64,000 nt of DNA, from the NCBI GenBank assembly GCA_965116905.1, contig OZ220732.1, forward strand, positions 3,872,001 to 3,936,000, written 5' to 3'. The notes beneath the pieces were generated by a model. It was not told where the DNA came from, ran no database searches, and worked only from the letters and a program-made list of their open reading frames with translations. Source of the DNA: Longimicrobiales bacterium (GTDB lineage Bacteria; Gemmatimonadota; Gemmatimonadetes; Longimicrobiales; Gaopeijiaceae). This document shows, piece after piece, positions 10,601-19,050 of this stretch (position 1 is its first letter; the number at the start of each line of letters is the position of its first letter). The position numbers were made by a program, and so were the translations under genes.

Positions 10601-10796
10601 AGCGCAGGCTGCCGAAGAGGTCGTCGTCGAACGTTGCGGTGGCGCTCCGCGCGGCGGGGGCGGCGCTCTGCGCGCTGGCACCTCCGCTCTGCGCGCTGGC
10701 GCCTTCGCTCTGCGCGGCAGCGGGCGCGGGCGGGAAGAGGGCGGCGCAAGCGGCCGCGGCGGCGGCGAGGGTCGTGATGCCCAGAAGCCTTCTCAT
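7638..10796 (-). CDS. VPS10/BNR-repeat glycosyl hydrolase-like secreted protein
   Basis: GPSRGGR start motif, many SxDGGxxW Asp-boxes, signal peptide. Confidence 0.9.
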   Translation of the reverse strand: MRRLLGITTLAAAAAACAALFPPAPAAAQSEGASAQSGGASAQSAAPAARSATATFDDDLFGSLRYRYVGPSRGGRVTAVAGHVAHPTTFYMGATGGGVWKTTDNGHSWHNISDGYFGTGSIGAIRVADSDPDIVYVSTGSDGLRSNVIIGDGVYKSTDAGATWRHVGLEATGNSGAILIHPDNPDLVYVAAIGNPFTPNDERGIYRSSDGGASWENVLFVSDSTGAVDLEFAPDDPNTIYASMWQAERKPWTIISGGMQGGVFISRDGGDSWDRATDGLPTGLRGKSDLAVSAADPDRVYVLIEAPGDAGGVYRSDDRGATWRQVTDFQPIRNRPFYYNNLEGHPTDPDILWGMAEGHWKSVDGGVSWNPERTPHGDNHDLWINPENPDIMIQSNDGGANVSLDGGMTWSTQYNQPTAELYQVDVSDDFPYRLYAGQQDNSTISVPALPERSEPGGSQSAWEAHGGCETGPVVPKPGDPDIVYANCKGRFGLYNRRTGQEAQYYVGFGNLYGHNPRDLDFRFQRVVPIHVSPHDPNKVYHGSQFVHVTTNGGQLWETISPDLTAFTPETQVVSGTPITIDVTGEEHFSVLYDIQESVLEPGVIWAGANDGPVHITRDGGRSWTDVTPPGIGPYGRVQTIEVSHHDAAKAYVAILRYMMGDFTPHTYRTDDYGATWTRITTGDNGVPNNHPVRVVREDPDREGLLYLGTEFGMFASFDDGGSWQPFQLNLPVTPITDMKVVHGDLVLSTMGRGFWILDNVTPLHELSDRVASASAHLFEIRDAHRLRYGGGFGGFRARDPHEPEYPPAGAHIDYMLTDEVAGPITLDIVASSGDVVRSFSNEGPGEYTVPAEPGMREWRLERFGTPRLPSGAGTHRFTWDLSYPGPWDPNPIRSGRGGPMVPPGTYTARLSAGDWNASRTFEVTLDPRVVAEGIGEDVVQRQVELALQARDALSEGRLAVHRINEARERGGGNLAAEIEAIERELVTAPIRYSRPMLVDQLQYLYSNLTRADQEPGQDAIVRYDQLNTALEGHVARLERLLRANISDDGAGR
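10642..10716. repeat. 21-bp in-frame tandem repeats encoding AQSxGAS units after the signal peptide
   Basis: cgctctgcgcgctggc repeated with period 21. Confidence 0.7.
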
Positions 10797-10972
10797 GCGG
10801 GATCTCTTTCGGGTTGGGGCGTGGGGATCGTGATTCCTGGCTCTTGCGTTCGTGGGCTCGTGCCCGGAGGCTCGCGCCCGGAGCCAGCCGGTTCAAGGTA
10901 TCGCGCCGGGTGGCGCTGGTACAGCCGGTGAAACGCAACAGGCCGGACCGGGCGCCGCCGGACCCCGTGCGT

Positions 10973-11563
10973 TCACCGCCGCCCAATCGGAATCCCGCGC
11001 AGCGCCACTCTGAGCACCGCGAGTTCCGCGTTCTCGCGGACCCGCCACCTCCCCTCCTCCAGGACGAGGGTCGTGGTCGGCGCGGCCTCGATGATGATCC
11101 CCATGTGGTCGGTGGTCTCCCTGTACACCACGTGGCGGATCGTGTCTCCCTCCGGCACCGTGCCGAGGATGCGGAAGTCGGTCATGACCTGCGACTCCAT
11201 CAGGCCGCGGGCGTAGCGCGTCAGCCCCGCCATCGAGCGCTCGAAGACCTCCCGGCTGGACCAGCTCGCCCACTCTTCGCGCGTAGCGTCGTAGAGCTGG
11301 ATCAGGACGCTGTCGCCCCGCAGACTCTCGACCAGCTGCCGCGAGATGAGGTGGAACTCGTCGAGGGCGGCGGTGTGCAGCTCCGCCGAGACTCGCTCCC
11401 AGCGCAGACGGCTGAGCGCGTCGAAGAAGCGCTGGGCGGTCCCCTCGGGGGTGCTCCCGGGGGCGTCCTGGGCCGTGGCGGGGAGCGGTGCGGCCGCGGC
11501 GAGCACGGTGGCCGCGAGAATCGGACGGAGAGCCCACGTCCTGCGGCGCGGGATGGTGCGCAT
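10973..11563 (-). CDS. Hypothetical secreted protein
   Basis: Signal peptide ending ATA-Q; likely start ATG 11563. Confidence 0.65.
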   Translation of the reverse strand: MRTIPRRRTWALRPILAATVLAAAAPLPATAQDAPGSTPEGTAQRFFDALSRLRWERVSAELHTAALDEFHLISRQLVESLRGDSVLIQLYDATREEWASWSSREVFERSMAGLTRYARGLMESQVMTDFRILGTVPEGDTIRHVVYRETTDHMGIIIEAAPTTTLVLEEGRWRVRENAELAVLRVALRGIPIGRR

Positions 11564-11579
11564 CAAAAAATGATGCGCG
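11564..11579 (+). repeat. 16-bp direct repeat, left copy
   Basis: caaaaaatgatgcgcg, identical to 12593-12608. Confidence 0.85.
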
Positions 11580-11604
11580 TGTGTCGAGAGCACCGGCGAC
11601 GGCA

Positions 11605-12168
11605 TCATGGTGGCAACCGCATCCCGAGCGCGGCGGCCGCTCCGTGGAGCGCCGGAGTTTCAGCTGAAACCTCCTGCGGCTCCCCGAAGTGCAGGCGTCC
11701 CTCCAGGCGCGCCGTAAAGAGGACGACGCCGTGCCAATCGCCCCAGAAGCTGGACCACCACCGGAGTCCGATGTTCCCGCTGTCCCAGATCGACGCGGCG
11801 ATCGGCTGGGTTCGGCGGCGGTGTCGGGATGCGATTCGGTCCGGCCCGATGCGACGGCGGCGCAGCGTCGCCGGATCGCAGAGGTCAACAAGCTCCGCCG
11901 CCTCATCGACCTCCAACTGCACGTCGACCAGTGCAAGAGGTCGTCCGGCCCGGCGAAGGTGAGCCCGGCGGAGCGGTCTGTTGCGCCAGGGTTGAAGGGC
12001 CTCGGCAACCGCGTGGGCGGGCGATTCGGCCAGGTAGAGGACCGGGGAGCAGGCCACGGGCAGGTCGAAACGCCCACGGCCCGTGGTCGGAGGGATCCAG
12101 GAAGGCGAAAAGGGGGATCCGTCGCGTACATCGTGATCCCAGGGGAAGACGCGCCAGAAGAGAGTCAA
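11605..12168 (-). CDS. RES-domain toxin (NAD+ phosphorylase family)
   Basis: GRFD, LYLAES..AVAE, GLRWWS motifs; start approximate (TTG 12168). Confidence 0.85.
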   Translation of the reverse strand: MTLFWRVFPWDHDVRDGSPFSPSWIPPTTGRGRFDLPVACSPVLYLAESPAHAVAEALQPWRNRPLRRAHLRRAGRPLALVDVQLEVDEAAELVDLCDPATLRRRRIGPDRIASRHRRRTQPIAASIWDSGNIGLRWWSSFWGDWHGVVLFTARLEGRLHFGEPQEVSAETPALHGAAAALGMRLPP

Positions 12169-12182
12169 GGTCAGAGCACTGG

Positions 12183-12557
12183 TTACGCGAAGACGCCGGC
12201 CTTCATCGCCTCGAGGGCGCCCACCACCTCGGCCAGCTGACTCTGCTGGATGTGGTACGCCGGCGTGGCGCCATCGAGATGGGCGTTCGCTCCGGTCAGC
12301 CACTCCTCCACGATGTCGGGCTCCAGCCAGCGAAGCAGCATCTCGACGACCAGCGCCAGTCCGGCAAGCCGGTCGGCGTTGTCCCGGTCCGGCCGCTGAC
12401 CGCTTCGCCACCGCGAGACCTGCGACTGTGACACGCCCAGAATCTCCGCCATCGCGCGGTCGGAATGCACCACCGCGCGAATCATGTCCAGGTGGCTTCG
12501 GGCTCTTGCGGAGCGACGGTCGGGTGTTTGCACGACGACTTCGGCGGCTTGACTCAT
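12183..12557 (-). CDS. Xre/MbcA/ParS-type antitoxin
   Basis: HTH (AEILGVSQSQVSRW) and C-terminal WL...N.HL.G.TP; upstream of RES. Confidence 0.88.
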   Translation of the reverse strand: MSQAAEVVVQTPDRRSARARSHLDMIRAVVHSDRAMAEILGVSQSQVSRWRSGQRPDRDNADRLAGLALVVEMLLRWLEPDIVEEWLTGANAHLDGATPAYHIQQSQLAEVVGALEAMKAGVFA

Positions 12558-12592
12558 GGGGTCAAGCTACCGGGACGAAAACCGGCGCGCAA

Positions 12593-12608
12593 CAAAAAAT
12601 GATGCGCG
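12593..12608 (+). repeat. 16-bp direct repeat, right copy
   Basis: caaaaaatgatgcgcg. Confidence 0.85.
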
Positions 12609-12650
12609 GCTACCGCGGATGCGTGGCTACCGTCAGATGCGCGGCTACCG
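12601..12650. repeat. Three copies of a 15-mer spanning the serine hydrolase stop codon
   Basis: gatgcgYggctaccg at 12601, 12618, 12636. Confidence 0.85.
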
Positions 12651-14105
12651 CAGCGTCGGCTTGTCCAGGGAGTCCCAGCCGTAGGCGCGCTGGATGCGCT
12701 CCATGACCTCTCGGAAGACCTGGCCGCCGCCCGACGCGTTGGTCATGACGGCGGCTCCGTACCCCTTGGCCTTGTGGGCGATCAGGAAGCAGGTGAAGCC
12801 CCAGTTGCCGCCCGAGTGGCTGAAGTACCAGCCCTCGCCCTGGCGCATGATGTTGAAGCCCACCGCGAAGTCGCCCACGCCGATCGGGCTGAGCATCTCG
12901 GCCGCCGAGGCGGCGGTGATCACGCGGTCCGCGTCGCCGCGCGCGGCCTTCTGCACCTCGATGGCGAAGCGTGCCAGGTCCCGGGCGTTGGTCCAGAGCC
13001 CGGCCGCGGCCATGGCCGAGTACACGTGCCACTTGGGGTCGCCCAGGGCCCGGCCGCCTGCGTGGGCGCGAGCCGCGTTGGCGTCGCGGTCGGGGGGGAG
13101 CGGCTGGGCGAAGGTGCTGGTGGTCATCCCGACGGGCTCGAGGACGGTCTTCCGCATGAGTTCCGGGAAGGACTCGCCGAAGACGTCGGTGAGCGCGAGC
13201 TGCATGATCGTGGTGCCGCCGCCCGAGTAGTGCATGGCCGTGAGCGGCGGCCGCACCATGGTCACGGCCTCCACGTTGGACGGCTCATCGCCGTCGAGGA
13301 TCTGCACCGCGGTGGGACGCGGGACGCCGGGGTCGTAGCCGGGGAAGCCGTGCCCGTCGCCGAGGCCCGCGGTGTGGCTGAAGAGCAGGCGCGGCGTGAC
13401 CGGCCGCCCGTTTGTGAAGCCGTTGCCGTCCAGCTGCCAGGACGTGAGGACCGTGTTGATGTCGTCGTCCAGCGAGAAGCGGCCGTCCTGCACGGCCACC
13501 ATGGCCGCCATCGCGGTCACGGGCTTGCTGATCGACGCCGCCTGGAAGAGCGTCTCGACATCGACCGGGGCGCCGGTCGCCACGTCCGCGATCCCGTAGC
13601 CCTTGGCCCAGTGCACCTCGAAGTCGTGGATCACGGCCACGCTGATGCCCGGCACGCCGAACCGTTCCATGACCTCATCGAGCGTCAGCACGTCCAGGCC
13701 CTGGCGGTTCGGCGTCTGGACGCCCTCGATGATGGCCTGCATCTCGGCGGGGGTCGCGACCTGCGCGGCTGGTGCGACCGCGGCGACCGGGGCGACGGGC
13801 GCGACCGGGACGGCCTCGCGAACGCGCTGCTGGGAAGCCACCGGCGCTGGCACGGTCACCGAGGCCAGCACGGCCGCCGCGATGGCCAGGAGTCCGTGGA
13901 TAAAGCCGCCCGAGCACCGAGAGCGGCGAGGCGCCGGGCCGGCAGGGCGCGACGAAGGGCCAGTAGCAGCGCTACGGGCCCGAGGAGCAACGCAGAGCGA
14001 AGCGGCCCGGCCCGGATGCATCGCCGGGCGAATGCCGGGGGGATTTTGTCCACGGGCTCCCGGCGTCAGCGCCGTACGGTGGACCTTGCCGGCAAGTCTT
14101 ATCAT
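12645..14105 (-). CDS. Serine hydrolase (beta-lactamase family) with repeat-derived N-terminal insertion
   Basis: FQAASISK, YSGGG, HSGGN; AGGAGG upstream of ATG 14105. Confidence 0.88.
   Translation of the reverse strand: MIRLAGKVHRTALTPGARGQNPPGIRPAMHPGRAASLCVAPRARSAATGPSSRPAGPAPRRSRCSGGFIHGLLAIAAAVLASVTVPAPVASQQRVREAVPVAPVAPVAAVAPAAQVATPAEMQAIIEGVQTPNRQGLDVLTLDEVMERFGVPGISVAVIHDFEVHWAKGYGIADVATGAPVDVETLFQAASISKPVTAMAAMVAVQDGRFSLDDDINTVLTSWQLDGNGFTNGRPVTPRLLFSHTAGLGDGHGFPGYDPGVPRPTAVQILDGDEPSNVEAVTMVRPPLTAMHYSGGGTTIMQLALTDVFGESFPELMRKTVLEPVGMTTSTFAQPLPPDRDANAARAHAGGRALGDPKWHVYSAMAAAGLWTNARDLARFAIEVQKAARGDADRVITAASAAEMLSPIGVGDFAVGFNIMRQGEGWYFSHSGGNWGFTCFLIAHKAKGYGAAVMTNASGGGQVFREVMERIQRAYGWDSLDKPTLR
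13889..14060. mobile_element. MITE-like element with 16-bp imperfect terminal inverted repeats, in-frame within a CDS
   Basis: ggagtccgtggataaa (13889-13904) / tttgtccacgggctcc (14045-14060); related partial copy at about 20230-20330. Confidence 0.65.
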
Positions 14106-14109
14106 CCTG

Positions 14110-14997
14110 CTACCCCTCCTTTGTGCTCCCCGGCTTCACCGCCTGGATCGTACCGCCGTAGATCGCATCCACGAAGCTGTGGACCTCGGCCGCGCGCGCG
14201 GGATCGCGGCGGATGACCTCCTGCACCCGCGGATCCGAGAGGATGTGCTCGGACGGATAGCGCTGGCGCTTGTCGACGCCGATGGCCGTGAATCCGGCGG
14301 CGGCCAGATCGGCCTGGTACTCGGCGATCCCGACCGGCAGGCAGCCGACCAGCGACTCCCGGGAGTTCCCCACGAAGTCGGGCATGGGCCGGTCCGACAC
14401 CAGGTCCGAGACCATGACGCGGCCACCGGGCCTGAGCACCCGCATCGTCTCGGCCAGAACGCGTGGACGGTCGGCCGAGAGGTTGAGGACGCAGTTCGAG
14501 ATGACTGCGTCGACGGTGGCATCGGCCACCGGCAGGGCCTCGATCTCGCCCAGCCGGAACTCGACGTTGGCGAAGCCGCCGCTGAGGGCGTTGGCGCGGG
14601 CCTTTTCCACCATCTCGGGCGTCATGTCCACGCCGATGACCTTGCCGGTCGGCCCTACCCGCTCTGCGGCCAGGAAGCAGTCGAATCCGGCGCCCGAGCC
14701 GAGGTCCAGCACGGTCTCGCCGGGAGCCAGCGACGCCAGCGCGACGGGGTTTCCGCAGCCGAGACCCAGGTTGGCTCCCTCGGGGACGCGGCTCAGTTCG
14801 TCCTGGTCGTACCCGACGGCACAGCTGATCTCGTCGGCGACGGAGGTGGTTGTGGCGGTAGCCGTGGCGCCGCTGCCGCCTGGGCTGGTCGAAGGGGCGC
14901 CGCAGTCCGAAGGCCCGCAGCAGCCGTCGCCCGTCGTGGCGGCCCGCGCGTAGCGTTCGCGCACGGCGGTGCGCCGTTCGGTGGCGTTGATGGTCAT
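14110..14997 (-). CDS. arsM: Arsenite S-adenosylmethionine methyltransferase
   Basis: N-terminal CC, GLGCGNP, LDLGSGAGFD, ISNCVLNL, GC. Confidence 0.88.
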   Translation of the reverse strand: MTINATERRTAVRERYARAATTGDGCCGPSDCGAPSTSPGGSGATATATTTSVADEISCAVGYDQDELSRVPEGANLGLGCGNPVALASLAPGETVLDLGSGAGFDCFLAAERVGPTGKVIGVDMTPEMVEKARANALSGGFANVEFRLGEIEALPVADATVDAVISNCVLNLSADRPRVLAETMRVLRPGGRVMVSDLVSDRPMPDFVGNSRESLVGCLPVGIAEYQADLAAAGFTAIGVDKRQRYPSEHILSDPRVQEVIRRDPARAAEVHSFVDAIYGGTIQAVKPGSTKEG

Positions 14998-16235
14998 GTG
15001 GTCGCTCCTTCAGCGGTGGGGGCCTTGGGGTCGCGCACCCGCTGCAGCAGTATGAGCCCGATCAGGAAGAGTGCGGTCAGAACGAGGAGGCCGGGTCGCT
15101 GGTTGCCGGCCGCCAGGTAGGTGACCCCGCCGAAGAGCAGCGGGCCGAGGACGGAGGAGGACTTTCCGCAAAGCGCGTAGAAGCCGAACATCTGTGCCTC
15201 CCGTCCGTCGGGGATCAGCGACGCCATGAACGCCCGGCTGGCGGACTGCGCTACACCCAGACCAATACCGGCAATGACCGCTAGCACGTAGAACGCGGTC
15301 TGGCTTTCGATGAAATACGCCGTGATGCCCGCGAGCACCCACAGCACCAGCACCCCCGTCAATACCTTCTTCGGTCCGAGGCTGTCGGTCGGCTTCGCGA
15401 GCGCAAGGGCCCCGGCCAGCGCCGAGAACTGCACGATGAGGAACAATGTGATGACGCCCTGCAGCGTGAAGCCGAAGGTCCCCATGGCGATGACCCCGGC
15501 CATCGCGATGATCGTGAGTACACCGTCGATGTAGAAGAAGTACGCGAACATGAATCTGCGCATGTCCCGGATCTGCCACACCTCGGCCGCAATCTTCCTC
15601 AGGTTGGATATCCCCCAGCGGGCCGCCTTGCCGATGCTCATGACCCCCGGCCGGTCACGCGGGAGGCGTCGGAAAGCCGGGATTGAGAAGATCAGGAAGA
15701 ACGCCACGACCGTGGGCCAGATGAACTCGTATCTCTCCTGCATGCCGAAGGGGAGTACGAGGAGCAGACCGAGCGCGGATCCGAGGTATCCCCAGCCGAA
15801 GCCCTTCCCCGATACCTCGCCGAGTCTGTCGACAGGTGCGATGTCCGGGAGGTAGGCGTTGTAAAACACGACGGCGCTCTCGAATCCTACGTTTGCGATG
15901 ACGAAGAAGAGAAAGCCGGCGAGGATCATCCCCTCTTCCAGCGTCGTCATGAGCGCAACGCCCACGAGGCAGGCTGCGACATAGAACCCGAAGAACTTCT
16001 TTCGCGAGCCGCCGCGGTCGGCGATCGCGCCCAGCAACGGAGAACTGAACGCTACCAGCAGCGCGGACGCGGAAACCGCCGAAGTCCACCACAGCTCTCC
16101 CCGGCCCCCTTCATCGGCGACGATTCGGTTGACGTAGAACAGCGGAAACACCGCCGTCGTCACCACCGCCGGATAGATCGAGTTCGCGAAGTCGTAAAGC
16201 ACCCATGAACGGACGGTGCGCTTGTCGTAGCTCAA
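14994..16235 (-). CDS. MFS transporter (UMF1/Atg22-like)
   Basis: W.LYDFANS, FYNAYLP; about 12 TM segments. Confidence 0.88.
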   Translation of the reverse strand: MSYDKRTVRSWVLYDFANSIYPAVVTTAVFPLFYVNRIVADEGGRGELWWTSAVSASALLVAFSSPLLGAIADRGGSRKKFFGFYVAACLVGVALMTTLEEGMILAGFLFFVIANVGFESAVVFYNAYLPDIAPVDRLGEVSGKGFGWGYLGSALGLLLVLPFGMQERYEFIWPTVVAFFLIFSIPAFRRLPRDRPGVMSIGKAARWGISNLRKIAAEVWQIRDMRRFMFAYFFYIDGVLTIIAMAGVIAMGTFGFTLQGVITLFLIVQFSALAGALALAKPTDSLGPKKVLTGVLVLWVLAGITAYFIESQTAFYVLAVIAGIGLGVAQSASRAFMASLIPDGREAQMFGFYALCGKSSSVLGPLLFGGVTYLAAGNQRPGLLVLTALFLIGLILLQRVRDPKAPTAEGATT

Positions 16236-16295
16236 GGGGTCGCCCTCAGACCGGTTGCCGGAGGCTGGTGGAAGTCCGCATGGGGTCGCGGCCGG

Positions 16296-16568
16296 CTATT
16301 CCCCCCGTGCCTTCTTGATGCCGAACCCCACCCCGGATCCCACACCCAACCCGATGAGGGCGGCCGTGCCCCATCCCAGGCCCACGAGGGGAACCAGGCC
16401 CACCAACGGCGTGGCGACGATTGCGGTCGCCGCACCCGCAGCCAGGCCCATCCCGCCGGGCGACTTCTCCGCAACCTTGGTGTAACGCAGCTTGCGGCGT
16501 ACGAATTCCTTGCACTTCACGTGCCCCAAAGCCCCTACCGTTCCCCCCACGAGCGTCTCGATGATCAT
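16296..16568 (-). CDS. Small Gly-rich membrane protein, hypothetical
   Basis: 90 aa; hydrophobic Gly-rich C-terminal half; AAGGA upstream. Confidence 0.65.
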   Translation of the reverse strand: MIIETLVGGTVGALGHVKCKEFVRRKLRYTKVAEKSPGGMGLAAGAATAIVATPLVGLVPLVGLGWGTAALIGLGVGSGVGFGIKKARGE

Positions 16569-16652
16569 CTTCTCTGTCCTTTCCCGGGGCTCAACCCCGT
16601 TTTCCGCTCAAATACGGTCCCAGCAACCGCAACGTTTCCGGGCCGGCCACCG

Positions 16653-17165
16653 TCAGGAGGGCCTTCCCATTTCGGCGAACACCCTGCTGACGTGCGTCGA
16701 CACGTCCTGCAGGGCAAAGATCGACGCCGCGTCGAGCTTCCTGCTGATCTTTCGACCGACCAGCCTCCGCAGGAAGCGCAGCGGCTCTTCGAAGTCGGCA
16801 TCGAACAGCGGATCCGAGCCTCGATTGAGGTTTTCGAGGATGCGCAGGGCCAGGTAGGTGTCGTCGAGAAGCCCCGCCATGCCCTGGGTCATCTCGGGAA
16901 TCAGATCGACGGGATTGACGAAGTAGCGCGCCGCGTGCTCGAGCAGCGGCATGACGACCACCTTGAGGCCACGCTGGTCCGCGGCCTGGGCGGCCCTGGC
17001 CAGCAGTACGGGGACGGTCTCCACGACCTCGATCGCGACCGAGGCCGCCTCGGCTACCTCCTGTTCGGTCGCGTTCGGCGCGGTGCCGCGGATGAACTCC
17101 TCCAGCATCCCGTTGTCCCGGACCTTCGCGCTGTCGATGACAGCCTGAACGTCTCTGAGGTCCAT
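16653..17165 (-). CDS. DUF1232/YkvA-like protein
   Basis: YFVNPVDLIPE...GLLDD motif. Confidence 0.7.
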   Translation of the reverse strand: MDLRDVQAVIDSAKVRDNGMLEEFIRGTAPNATEQEVAEAASVAIEVVETVPVLLARAAQAADQRGLKVVVMPLLEHAARYFVNPVDLIPEMTQGMAGLLDDTYLALRILENLNRGSDPLFDADFEEPLRFLRRLVGRKISRKLDAASIFALQDVSTHVSRVFAEMGRPS

Positions 17166-17172
17166 CCGACTC

Positions 17173-19050
17173 CTATCGTCTGCGGTAGACCGTGATTCCG
17201 CCCCCTACGCCACCCGATACCAGGTCGCGGTCCCCATCCCCGTCGATGTCGACGAAGACGGGTGCGGTGAATGTGGGGACTGCGGGCGCAAAAGGCACGG
17301 TCTCGACGAAAACCGGCGCGCCGGGCGAACCCTCGTTCAGGTAGAACAGAAGCCCGGAGGCCTCCGTTCCCACGGCGAGATCCAGGTCGCCGTCGCCGTC
17401 CAGATCGAGAATGGCGGGAACGCTCCGGCGGCCGACATCGATGTCCTGGAATTCGTCCGAGACGAGCACGAAGTCGGGCGAACCCGGGCCGCCGTCGTTG
17501 CGGTAGTAGTTGAGCATGCCGGACGACTCGCCGACGATGAGGTCGAGGTCGCCGTCCGCGTCCAGGTCTCCCAGCGCGGGAGTGGTGTTGCGCCCCCGCG
17601 TGAGTGTGGCCGCCGCCGAATCCACAAGGGTCCAGCGCGGCAGCACGTCCTCCGGACCGCGGTTCCCGGCCGCACCGCCACCGCGGCCGCCGTCGTTGCG
17701 GTAGTAGGCGACACGGTCGCGCCACTCGCCCAGCAGCATGTCGTCGTCGCCGTCGCCGTCGAGATCTCCGAACGCGGGGGCATAGTGATACGCCTCCGGG
17801 AGGCCCGGCACCGGACCCCGCGCGGTGAAGGCGGGTGCGGTGGGTGAACCGGTGTTCTCGAACACGAAGAGCCGGCCGCTGCGGGTGTCCCCAGGCTCGA
17901 TCTTGTTGGACACCAGCAGATCCAGGTCGCCGTCGCCGTCGAGATCGGTGAACGCGGGAATCGACTCGCTGCCCACGTCGAGGCTGCGGATGAGGCGTTT
18001 TGTGGTCTCGGTGAACCCGCCGTCGGCACCCTGTTCGAACTGGTGAAGGTTGTCGACGGTGGTGAGATTCGGGTTGAAGGCCCCGCCCAGCACCCCCATG
18101 ATCAGGTCCATGTCGCCGTCCTGGTCGACGTCCCCCAGCGCGGGGGCGTTGTAGCCCGACGTGCCCACCGGGTCGCGCAGCGGGAACGGCCTCGGCACGC
18201 CCCTGAGCACGGGACGGCGACAGCTGCCGGTGTTCTCGATGAAGAGGAGGCCGGGCTCGAAGAAGTCGCCCCAGAAGAGGTCGTGGTCGCCGTCCGCGTC
18301 GACGTCGCCGAGCGCCATGGTGTTCGCGCCGTGCAGACTGCCCTGGAACGCGCCGACGATTTCGATGTCCTCGAACGAGTCCGTGACGTGACGGAAGAGC
18401 GGCACGCCGTCCTCGTCGATCGACTCGGCTTCGTAGCGCGTAATTGTGCCGGTGAGGCGGCCGATCAGGAGGTCGAGCATCCCGTCGCAGTCGATGTCCG
18501 CCGCGTTGGGAATGTTCTGGCGGTCGGAGAAGACGGGTTCCCCCGCGACATCCTTGATCGTGTCGGTCGCCAGGACGTAGGCGGCCGGCCCCGTCCCGCC
18601 GTCGTTGCGGTAGTAGCGGATGTAGCTGAAGGGCTCTTCGGCGAGGAGGTCGAGGTCTCCGTCGAGATCCACGTCCACGAACCGGAACCATTCGCCCACC
18701 GGCAGGTCCTCGAAGGCGTCGGTGACCCAGCGGTAGACCGGGGGACCGCCTTCGGACTCGTTGCGGAAGAACATCACCCGGTTCGACCGCTCCTGGATGA
18801 AGAGGTCCAGATCGCCGTCGCCATCCGCATCGGCGAGCTGGGGACGGGGGAGGTTGAAGCCGCCCAGGAAGGGATGATCGACCGGATCCCCCGCCTCGTC
18901 CGTGACTGCGATGCCGGTGACGACGCGCTCCCAGTCGGAGGCCGAGGCGGACGATACCGGAGCCGGAGGCGGCGGGGCCGGCGCCGGGGCACAGACGCCG
19001 ATGAACCCCGAAAGGATCAGGACGGCGGCGGTTGTGCGGCCGAGGGTCAC
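17173..19050 (-). CDS. FG-GAP/VCBS repeat protein
   Basis: Many D.DGDGD.DL repeats; GTG 19050 overlaps the upstream stop. Confidence 0.85.
   Translation of the reverse strand: MTLGRTTAAVLILSGFIGVCAPAPAPPPPAPVSSASASDWERVVTGIAVTDEAGDPVDHPFLGGFNLPRPQLADADGDGDLDLFIQERSNRVMFFRNESEGGPPVYRWVTDAFEDLPVGEWFRFVDVDLDGDLDLLAEEPFSYIRYYRNDGGTGPAAYVLATDTIKDVAGEPVFSDRQNIPNAADIDCDGMLDLLIGRLTGTITRYEAESIDEDGVPLFRHVTDSFEDIEIVGAFQGSLHGANTMALGDVDADGDHDLFWGDFFEPGLLFIENTGSCRRPVLRGVPRPFPLRDPVGTSGYNAPALGDVDQDGDMDLIMGVLGGAFNPNLTTVDNLHQFEQGADGGFTETTKRLIRSLDVGSESIPAFTDLDGDGDLDLLVSNKIEPGDTRSGRLFVFENTGSPTAPAFTARGPVPGLPEAYHYAPAFGDLDGDGDDDMLLGEWRDRVAYYRNDGGRGGGAAGNRGPEDVLPRWTLVDSAAATLTRGRNTTPALGDLDADGDLDLIVGESSGMLNYYRNDGGPGSPDFVLVSDEFQDIDVGRRSVPAILDLDGDGDLDLAVGTEASGLLFYLNEGSPGAPVFVETVPFAPAVPTFTAPVFVDIDGDGDRDLVSGGVGGGITVYRRR

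Noticed and set aside
16296..16568. Small Gly-rich protein as a bacteriocin
   Set aside because: No leader, protease or transporter context; more likely an ordinary small membrane protein.
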